Assembly (NCBI GenBank): GCA_918298275.1
Contig: CAKJZO010000007.1
Coordinates: forward strand, 6,612-70,611
DNA from: Spirochaetota bacterium
GTDB taxonomy: Bacteria; Spirochaetota; Spirochaetia; Sphaerochaetales; Sphaerochaetaceae
Direction of reading: 5' to 3'
DNA: 64,000 nucleotides
In this document: piece after piece, positions 57,504 through 64,000 of the stretch
Numbering within the stretch: the stretch's first letter is position 1
Layout: each line of letters begins with the position of its first letter
Notes under the pieces: model-generated
The model's database searches: none
What the model was told of the DNA's origin: nothing
The model's input: only the letters and a program-made list of their open reading frames with translations
Made by a program: the position numbers and the translations under genes

Positions 57504-58892
57504 ATGTTCAACGAAGTAAACAAAGAAGACCTTCTTGCCTTGCAGAAGATGCTCCCCGGAAGAGTTTTCGACGGCAGACAGATAAACGAGGATTACTATC
57601 ATGACGAACTCGGCACCGCCTTCGGTGTTCCCGATGTCCTGGTGAAGGTCCTCTCTACAAAAGAGGTTTCCGATGTCATGGGATATGCCTGCAGCAGATC
57701 CATTCCCGTAGTTGTCAGAGGGTCGGGAACAGGCCTTGTAGGAGGGGCGGTCGCAACACATGGAGGAATAATGCTGGATACCTCCATGATGAAGAAAGTC
57801 CTTGAATTGGATGAGAACAACCTTACGGTGACGGTACAGACCGGAATTCTCCTCATGGAGCTTGCAGCCTATTGCGATGAGAGAGGCTTCCAGTACTGTC
57901 CCGATCCGGGAGAGAAGAGCGCAACCATAGGCGGAAACATCTCGACGAATGCCGGCGGCATGAGAGCCATGAAATACGGAGTGACTAGGGATGCGGTGAG
58001 AGCCATCACTGTTGTCCTTGCCTCAGGTGAGATAATGAAGTTCGGCAGCAAGGTCGTAAAGAATTCCAGCGGCTATGATCTCAAGGACCTCATCATCGGA
58101 AGCGAAGGGACATTGGGGGTCGTCACCGAAGCCACGCTGAAGATAATCCCCAAACCGGAATACGCCATCAGCATACTTGTTCCGTTCAGAACCATGAAGG
58201 ATGCCATATCCACAGTTCCGAAGATCATCAGGGCTCAGGTCACACCGGTAGCCACCGAGTACATGAGTCAGGACGTCATTCTGTTTGCGGAAGAATATCT
58301 GGGCAAGAAGTTCCCGACCCATGCTTCCGATGCCTATCTTCTCCTTACCTTCGACGGCAACACGAGAGAGGCCGTCATGCATGACATGGAGACGATTGCA
58401 GACCTCTGTCTTGAGAACGATGCCATCGACGTGTTCATGATAGATACGGAGGAACGCTCTGCCAGCGTCTGGTCCGCCAGAAGCGCATTCCTTGAGGCAA
58501 TCAAGGGCTCCACGGACCAGATGGACGAGTGTGATGTCGTCGTTCCGAGAAGCAGGGTTGCGGACTTCATCCTCTTTACCCATGAAGTCGCAAAGAACGT
58601 CGGACTCAGGATCCCGAGCTTCGGGCATGCCGGAGACGGGAACCTGCATATCTACCTCTGTCGTGATGGCCTTGATGACAAGCAGTGGGAAAGCCGCAAG
58701 GAAAAGGCTTTCTCCATGATGTATGAGAAATCCAAGGAAATGGGCGGCCTTGTCAGCGGAGAACACGGTATCGGCCTGGACAAGAAGAAGTACCTTCTGG
58801 ACATGTTGGGGGAGCGTCAGCTTGAACTGATGAGAGGCATAAAGAGCGTATTCGACCCCAAGGGCATACTGAATCCCGGAAAGGTGATCTGA
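57504..58892 (+). CDS. FAD-linked oxidase, GlcD/LctD-type lactate dehydrogenase
   Basis: 462 aa with an FAD-binding PCMH domain ([15 protein letters not shown]) and a C-terminal GEHGIG...DP.GILNPGK block. It starts 1 nt after the etfA stop. Confidence 0.8.
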   Translation: MFNEVNKEDLLALQKMLPGRVFDGRQINEDYYHDELGTAFGVPDVLVKVLSTKEVSDVMGYACSRSIPVVVRGSGTGLVGGAVATHGGIMLDTSMMKKVLELDENNLTVTVQTGILLMELAAYCDERGFQYCPDPGEKSATIGGNISTNAGGMRAMKYGVTRDAVRAITVVLASGEIMKFGSKVVKNSSGYDLKDLIIGSEGTLGVVTEATLKIIPKPEYAISILVPFRTMKDAISTVPKIIRAQVTPVATEYMSQDVILFAEEYLGKKFPTHASDAYLLLTFDGNTREAVMHDMETIADLCLENDAIDVFMIDTEERSASVWSARSAFLEAIKGSTDQMDECDVVVPRSRVADFILFTHEVAKNVGLRIPSFGHAGDGNLHIYLCRDGLDDKQWESRKEKAFSMMYEKSKEMGGLVSGEHGIGLDKKKYLLDMLGERQLELMRGIKSVFDPKGILNPGKVI

Positions 58893-58922
58893 ACCTTCCG
58901 ATAGTATTACTGAAGTTGGGAA

Positions 58923-59774
58923 TTACTCGAGATACGGCTTGAGCGGTCTGTAGATTGCCAGGCCGTTCTTCTGTCCGAACTTTGTCATCAGGGCCATGTA
59001 GACGCTCTGCTTCCTGTTCGGGTTGTTCTTGTTGTTCTCCATGATCCTCTCGACGATCTTGCGATTCTCCGGGGTGTAGACGCTCGGATCGAATTCATCA
59101 TAGGGAACATGGTCCTTGTCGACGACAACCGGTGCGGCCTTTGCCGGTGCGGGTTTTGCAGGTGCAGGGGCGGGCTTTCTGATTACGGGAGCCGGTGCGG
59201 GTTTCTCGATCGGTGCGGGAGCCGGTTTCACGGGAGCCGGGGCAGGGGTGACTGCCGGAGCAGGTCTTACAGGTGCTGCAGGTTTCGGCTGAACCGGCTG
59301 GACAGGCTGGACAGGTCTTGCCACAGGGGCAGGTCTTACCGGAGTCGGAGCAGGCTTGGGGGCTTCCCTGTAATAGGAAGGAGCTGGGGCGGGTCTGCGG
59401 CCCGGAGCAACTCTGACAGGTGCATATTCCATTGCCCTCGAGGCTCTTCTGACTTCAACCCTTACACCCCTGAGATTCCAGAATCTGATGAGTCTGCCGT
59501 AGTTGTTGTCTCTTGTGATTATCTGGAACTGGTTCTGTTTTTCCTTGTCTGCGCCGATGAGGTAGCCCAGATAGGTGGCAATCTGAGTCTCGAGTTCCTG
59601 AGGACCCATATCGAGTTTGTGAGCCTTGACCTTGGCTTCCGTCAAGGCCTCGAGGGATATCTTGGCAGTATTGGTGATGTAGAAGATGTGGATGCAACAA
59701 TCCGCCGAAAGTGCGCTAAGCTCCCTCAGCTCTGCATCGGAAATGTTCTCGAAATCTACCAGATAATGCCTCAT
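58923..59774 (-). CDS. Hypothetical protein: PIN/NYN-like N-terminal domain, Pro/Ala-rich linker and a small C-terminal domain
   Basis: The ATG at 59774 follows AAGGGGG. The N-terminus reads MRHYLVDFENI...IITRDNNY. The central ~110 aa are PAPAP/PVQPVQPVQP low complexity. The track ORF extension to 59951 is AT-rich and unlikely to be coding. Confidence 0.55.
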   Translation of the reverse strand: MRHYLVDFENISDAELRELSALSADCCIHIFYITNTAKISLEALTEAKVKAHKLDMGPQELETQIATYLGYLIGADKEKQNQFQIITRDNNYGRLIRFWNLRGVRVEVRRASRAMEYAPVRVAPGRRPAPAPSYYREAPKPAPTPVRPAPVARPVQPVQPVQPKPAAPVRPAPAVTPAPAPVKPAPAPIEKPAPAPVIRKPAPAPAKPAPAKAAPVVVDKDHVPYDEFDPSVYTPENRKIVERIMENNKNNPNRKQSVYMALMTKFGQKNGLAIYRPLKPYLE

Positions 59775-59910
59775 CTTGTGCCCCCTTAAGTGTTTGAAAC
59801 TACCCTCTCTGTTAATTATTACACGATATTCAGTATGTAGTCGACAATTATTTTTCAAAATATATATAAAAATGTGAAAAAAACTTCCAAAAATGAGTAA
59901 CGGTATGACC

Positions 59911-59939
59911 TTGAAACAAACGACCAAATCTGCTACTTT
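59911..59939 (+). promoter_or_regulatory. Candidate promoter of the tRNA gene
   Basis: TTGAAA (59911-59916), a 17-bp spacer, then TACTTT (59934-59939), about 20 bp upstream of the tRNA 5' end. Confidence 0.35.
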
Positions 59940-59958
59940 ACTTTGCGTCAATAGATAA

Positions 59959-60031
59959 GGGCCTGTAGCTCAGCGGTTAGAGCAGAGGACTCATAATCCT
60001 TTGGTCGAGAGTTCAAATCTCTCTGGGCCCA
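59959..60031 (+). tRNA. tRNA with CAU anticodon, most similar to tRNA-Ile2 (lysidine type); elongator tRNA-Met not excluded
   Basis: The cloverleaf folds by hand: acceptor stem GGGCCTG/TGGGCCC, D-arm TAGCTCAGCGGTTAGAGCA, anticodon stem-loop GAGGA-CTCATAA-TCCTT, T-arm GAGAG-TTCAAAT-CTCTC. CCA is not encoded. The variable region TTGGTC and the overall sequence resemble E. coli ileX. Confidence 0.85.
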
Positions 60032-60036
60032 AAAAG

Positions 60037-60068
60037 AAAACGCAGATAAATGGTCTGCGTTTTTCTGT
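60037..60068 (+). terminator. Rho-independent terminator after the tRNA
   Basis: AACGCAGA-TAAATGG-TCTGCGTT followed by TTTTCTGTTT. Confidence 0.75.
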
Positions 60069-60097
60069 TTATGGCGGCTGATTCCGAGGAGGATTCT

Positions 60098-61459
60098 ATG
60101 GCAGTAAGCGTTTCCTATGACGAGAATCACAGACTGATTCTGTCCGGACTTGAATGTGATTGTGCATGTGAGCACAGAGTTCCCGACCAGGATATCTATG
60201 TCGGAGAGGACATACTCCCGAATCTTCCGAAATACATAAGCAAGCGCGGGCTTGGGAAGAACTGTGTTCTGGTATGCGACAAGAACACTTTCAAAGTTGC
60301 CGGAGAAAGGACGAACCGTATCCTCACCGACGCAGGCATCAACGTGATTATGTGCCTGATCAAAAGGGACGGAGACCTCGATCCCGATGAGCGCAGCGTT
60401 GGAGAAGTGCTTCTTTCCATCCAGCCCGAAACCGAATTCATCGTCGCCGTGGGTTCGGGTTCAATAACCGATACCTGCAGGGTGAATGCTGCAAGGACAG
60501 GGCTTCCGTTCGTAAGCGTGGGAACGGCTCCCTCCATGGACGGCTATACCTCGGCCGTCGCCCCGCTGATCTTCAAGGGTCTGAAGATCCACAGGCAGGG
60601 TCCCTGTCCCGAAATCATCTGCTGCGATACCAAGATCATGGCAACCGCTCCGGACTGGATGATTGCCGCAGGCGTAGGAGATGTACTCGGAAAGTTCATC
60701 GCAAAGGCAGACTGGAAAATCGGAAGCATCATCAATGACGAAGTCTACTGCCCGACATGCGGCCAGATCGTCACGGATGCCGTGAACAGGCTTATCGATA
60801 ACGTTCAGGAGATAAAGGCAAAGACTCCCAAGGGGATCCAGATCCTGATTGAAGGGCTTCTGCTTGCAGGAATGACCGTCCTCATAATCGGCCATACCAG
60901 AGCAGTTGCCTCTGTGGAGCACAACATAGCCCATTTCTGGGATATGAGCGAACTTTCCTTGGGTCACAGGGCTCCTTGCCACGGCGAATCCGTCGGAATC
61001 GGAACAATGATGGTCTGGCCCATGTTCGTGAGATTCGCGGATGAGGATCTCTCGAAAATCGATTTCGGAAAGCTGAAGAGCAGCAGGATGAACCGTGAGC
61101 AGAGGGTGCAGTGGATGCACAGCACCTGGGGCAAGGAGAACGGTGATACCATCATGATGGAGAATCCCGGTGATTTCCTGACTTGGGAAGAGCAGGAACG
61201 GCGTGTCAGACGTGCCCAGCAGAGATTCCCGGAGATTCAGGCCGTAATCAGGGAGCTTCCTCCGTTTGAGAAGATCCGTGATACGCTTCTGACCCTCAAC
61301 GCTCCGATGACGGCAGCGGATATGGGGATTTCGGATGAGGTGAGAAACATCTCGATCCACTGCGCAAAGGACTACAGGACGAGATATACGCTCTTCAAGC
61401 TTCTCGATGAGTGCGGGCTGCTGAAAGAATATCTTTCGGATTATCCGATCGACCTTTGA
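60098..61459 (+). CDS. Iron-containing alcohol dehydrogenase superfamily, sn-glycerol-1-phosphate dehydrogenase (AraM/EgsA)-like
   Basis: The ATG at 60098 follows GAGGAGGA; the longer track ORF would run through the tRNA terminator. It has the motifs AVGSGSITD, APSMDGYTS and HNIAHFWD...HGESVGIG (metal ligands). Confidence 0.55.
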   Translation: MAVSVSYDENHRLILSGLECDCACEHRVPDQDIYVGEDILPNLPKYISKRGLGKNCVLVCDKNTFKVAGERTNRILTDAGINVIMCLIKRDGDLDPDERSVGEVLLSIQPETEFIVAVGSGSITDTCRVNAARTGLPFVSVGTAPSMDGYTSAVAPLIFKGLKIHRQGPCPEIICCDTKIMATAPDWMIAAGVGDVLGKFIAKADWKIGSIINDEVYCPTCGQIVTDAVNRLIDNVQEIKAKTPKGIQILIEGLLLAGMTVLIIGHTRAVASVEHNIAHFWDMSELSLGHRAPCHGESVGIGTMMVWPMFVRFADEDLSKIDFGKLKSSRMNREQRVQWMHSTWGKENGDTIMMENPGDFLTWEEQERRVRRAQQRFPEIQAVIRELPPFEKIRDTLLTLNAPMTAADMGISDEVRNISIHCAKDYRTRYTLFKLLDECGLLKEYLSDYPIDL

Positions 61460-61517
61460 TCGGATAGTCCACAATCTTCTTGTTTTTCACTAGGTAAAAT
61501 ATTAAACTTTAAGCCAA

Positions 61518-62741
61518 ATGAGACGCGGTTTACGGAAAACTATCACCATCCTGGCCTTGCTTTTGATTCTCCCCGCCGCGGTCTTTTCTCTTTCGTTCAC
61601 CACTAGGCTTACAGGAATTACCACACATCCCGAATTCTGGCTCGGTATGTTCCCTTCCAGCGTACGTTGCTTCATGGGCATAAACGAGTTGGAGCTCATC
61701 CCCGGCAGGGTCACCGAAGCCGGCATGGAGATAGCCACAGGAACGATAGCCCGGACAATCTCCCAGGACCCCGTCACCGGTGCGATCATCAATGACAGCT
61801 CTGCTGCCGAGCTCAAGAACAACAGATACTACGATGTCACATATGCGGCCTGGAAGATAGGCCTTGCTCAGGGTCTGGGATGGTCCGATATCTCAGACTA
61901 CGATCTACTGACCCTGCGTTTCACGTTCGACGGACAATGGGAGGTCGCCCTCGATCCCCTTATGCAGATTACCAGGACCGGCTATCCGTTCAGGAACATC
62001 CCGGCCTACAGCGGCGCAATTGGGGGTCAGGTTCTTCCGGGAACTCCGGATCTTTCCGGCAACAGGACTCTTCTGAGTACAAGCTTCGACCTCTACGGCA
62101 AAATCTCCGACCAGTTCTTCAAGGTCGGTATCCTGGACGGGCTTTCGATGGAGTTCAAGATTGTCTGGGCGCCTTCCTTCATGACATTCTCCAAGGGCTA
62201 CGGCGGCTTTGCGGACTACTGGAAGATCTGGACCTACACGGAGTATTCCAAGATGATCCACACCAAGACCATGGCCGACGGCACCAACAAGTGGTCTTTG
62301 GGTGTTTCCGATACCTTCGAGATGCGTATCCTGGGCGGCAAACAGGTCCCGGAATACGCCAAGACCCTGAAGTCTCCCACATGGTGGTATGAGCCTGAGA
62401 ACATGACGTTCCTGGCCAAGAACACGCTGAGGCTGAACTATTACGGACGGCAGTTCTTCGGAAACTGCATCCCGTACATCTACCTCTTCCTGGACATGAA
62501 CTACTCGGGAGGCAGACTGAACAACAGCGTTGCAGAGTATGTGGCATCGGTCTGGGAGGGAAGCGTGGGGCTGCACATAGAGCTCCAGATGTTCGGGACG
62601 CTGCATATCTACTATGAAATCGGACGTCTTTTCATGTATACTGGTGAAGATTTGGCATATAAACCGGGAATGAGGGCATCGCAGTCACTGCGGATTACCT
62701 TCTCCCTTCCGTACAGGGAAGGTGCCGACTGGTCAAAATAA
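61518..62741 (+). CDS. Secreted 407-aa protein, putative outer-membrane beta-barrel, paralogue A
   Basis: It has the signal peptide MRRGLRKTITILALLLILPAAVFS. The body is aromatic- and Gly-rich with alternating hydrophobic patterns, and it shares motifs with the next gene. Confidence 0.45.
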   Translation: MRRGLRKTITILALLLILPAAVFSLSFTTRLTGITTHPEFWLGMFPSSVRCFMGINELELIPGRVTEAGMEIATGTIARTISQDPVTGAIINDSSAAELKNNRYYDVTYAAWKIGLAQGLGWSDISDYDLLTLRFTFDGQWEVALDPLMQITRTGYPFRNIPAYSGAIGGQVLPGTPDLSGNRTLLSTSFDLYGKISDQFFKVGILDGLSMEFKIVWAPSFMTFSKGYGGFADYWKIWTYTEYSKMIHTKTMADGTNKWSLGVSDTFEMRILGGKQVPEYAKTLKSPTWWYEPENMTFLAKNTLRLNYYGRQFFGNCIPYIYLFLDMNYSGGRLNNSVAEYVASVWEGSVGLHIELQMFGTLHIYYEIGRLFMYTGEDLAYKPGMRASQSLRITFSLPYREGADWSK

Positions 62742-62768
62742 AGGGAAAAACAAAAGGGGAAAGCGACA

Positions 62769-63992
62769 ATGAAGAAAGCTTTGACAATCGTTCTTGTGCT
62801 TGCACTGGCAGTGTGCAGCGTCTTTGCGGGAGACTTCAAGTTCCTGTTCACGGAACTCGACCAGCATCCCGAGATCCTTGCAGGATTCCTGCCGACTTTG
62901 ACTGCAATCGGTGTCGGTTACAACGGTCTGGATCTGATCGACGGGAATCTGACCCAGCTTCAGTTCACCATCGGCGGCGGTTATACCCAGAGGGTGCTTT
63001 TCCAGGATCCGCTTACGGGCGAGCCCCTGATCGCCAACCAGCTCCTGTACGATGACATCCAGCTCCGTTGGAACCTCAAGTTCCTCCAGGGCTTCGGACA
63101 GTCCCCGGTAGAGGGCCTTGACCTCGTGACCGCCTATGTCGGCTACGAAGGCAGATACGAGAAGGGCGTGGATTCCATGAAGCTCGGCGAGCCGCGTCTT
63201 CGCGGTTATGCCGCTACCGATGCGACGGGTACCAGAGGAACCGCCACGGGAACAACCCCGATTCCCTCGATGGATGACTGGTTCGGTCCCACCAAGGCCG
63301 GCAACAAGATCTATCCGGATCTTGCAGACGACTACACGGCCTTCATGCACAATTTCTACATCGGAGCCAAGCTGAACCTCATGGATGACAAGATGGTTTC
63401 AAACGAAGGCGCCCTTGCGGAAATCAAGCTCCAGTTCGCTCCCGGCTTCCTGAACAAGAAGGCCAGCTACTATACAATCACCCTCAACGGAGTTGCCGGT
63501 ACCACTCTGCTCGAGGTCGCAAACAAAAAGGGAATGAACCTCTTCTCGATCGTCCTCATCGACAGGGTCAACGCCACATGGACGGACGGTTCCAAGGTTC
63601 CCGTCTACGCATCAAGGCCGGTTTCCCTCGGACGCAAGGTTCGTGGCATAGATACCAACAGTTACAACACAAATTTCAGTGTTGTTAACAATCTGGACCT
63701 TCGTTTGGCAGGACCTGAGTTCCTGATGGCCGGTGTTTTCCCGAGACTCAACATCTTCTTCGACATGGGATGGCACGCCGGAAATTACTTCAACACCAAC
63801 CACTCCGCAGCCGATATGGCAGAGAAATACAATCTCAAGAGATTCCTCTGCACGACTGGCTTCCAGCTTGAGATGTGCTTCTTCGATTTCATCGACCTGG
63901 GCTTCCAGCTCTCCTACCTGATCAACGGAGAGAACATGAAGAATCCGCAGAGCAAGTTCATCACCGGAGCCACATTCTTCCTGGACTTCTGA
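62769..63992 (+). CDS. Secreted 407-aa protein, putative outer-membrane beta-barrel, paralogue B
   Basis: It has the signal peptide MKKALTIVLVLALAVCSVFAG. The C-terminal ...GATFFLDF ends in Phe, as in many OMPs, and it is a distant paralogue of the preceding gene. Confidence 0.5.
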   Translation: MKKALTIVLVLALAVCSVFAGDFKFLFTELDQHPEILAGFLPTLTAIGVGYNGLDLIDGNLTQLQFTIGGGYTQRVLFQDPLTGEPLIANQLLYDDIQLRWNLKFLQGFGQSPVEGLDLVTAYVGYEGRYEKGVDSMKLGEPRLRGYAATDATGTRGTATGTTPIPSMDDWFGPTKAGNKIYPDLADDYTAFMHNFYIGAKLNLMDDKMVSNEGALAEIKLQFAPGFLNKKASYYTITLNGVAGTTLLEVANKKGMNLFSIVLIDRVNATWTDGSKVPVYASRPVSLGRKVRGIDTNSYNTNFSVVNNLDLRLAGPEFLMAGVFPRLNIFFDMGWHAGNYFNTNHSAADMAEKYNLKRFLCTTGFQLEMCFFDFIDLGFQLSYLINGENMKNPQSKFITGATFFLDF

Positions 63993-64000
63993 TTCAACCG

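Noticed and set aside
59130-59420. Repetitive GC-rich DNA (GCCGGTGCGGG and CTGGACAGG units) that could be mistaken for a CRISPR-like or tandem-repeat locus.
   Set aside because: The repeats are short, irregular and lie in frame within a continuous ORF encoding a PAPAP/PVQ low-complexity linker. There is no spacer-repeat periodicity.
59775-60100. The tRNA gene as a possible integration site marking a genomic island or prophage boundary.
   Set aside because: There is no integrase, no direct repeat of the tRNA 3' end, and no phage or mobile-element gene on either side within the window.

Overview
This 64 kb window looks like a chromosomal segment from an anaerobic, probably diderm bacterium; the gene content resembles Spirochaetota, but I cannot confirm the taxon. 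I call about 55 protein genes, one tRNA and several terminators, and I found no rRNA, CRISPR array, transposase or integrase.

Gene content, in order:
- 0-9.4 kb: rho, rpmE, a degenerate GHMP-kinase homologue, nifS-nifU, a TGS/uridine-kinase fusion, a four-cluster polyferredoxin with a tungsten-type aldehyde:ferredoxin oxidoreductase, and a YfcE phosphoesterase.
- 9.6-14.2 kb: a lipase-like hydrolase, YihY, manA and a sodium:solute symporter.
- 14.3-25.3 kb: an AT-richer glycan-utilisation block with a membrane-anchored AraC regulator, a solute-binding protein, a 1137-aa cytoplasmic GH59 enzyme, two permeases and a GH2 beta-glucuronidase.
- 25.3-33.2 kb: a complete arginine operon, argF-G-H-C-J-B-D, on the minus strand.
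- 33.4-41.9 kb: a HAD hydrolase, an AGE-family epimerase, an Fe3+/polyamine-type ABC transporter, nagB, a Ca2+/Na+ antiporter and a cupin.
- 42.0-58.9 kb: a 17-gene same-strand cluster, described below.
- 58.9-64.0 kb: a Pro/Ala-rich protein, tRNA(CAU), a glycerol-1-phosphate-dehydrogenase-like protein and two tandem 407-aa putative outer-membrane paralogues.

The best candidate for an undescribed system is the 42-59 kb cluster. It contains LarA, a FadR-type GntR regulator, a UPF0309 SIS protein, a NagB-like protein, a DppABCDF-type transporter, an esterase, MurQ, a BadF-type sugar kinase, an EIIC-only permease, a second UPF0309 SIS protein, EtfB, a ferredoxin-fused EtfA and an FAD-dependent lactate dehydrogenase. 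This physically joins the D-lactate-releasing MurNAc-6-P etherase pathway to all parts of an Etf-dependent lactate-oxidation (lct-like) module except the lactate permease.

Other points worth follow-up:
- argB carries an in-frame amber codon at a conserved Lys inside an otherwise intact, translationally coupled arg operon.
- ARG-box-like GCATAAAA repeats with 10-bp phasing lie upstream of argF.
- The bacterial GH59 enzyme carries a tandem duplicated C-terminal lectin-like module.

All calls rest on reading the ORF translations and the DNA by eye. No database search was run.
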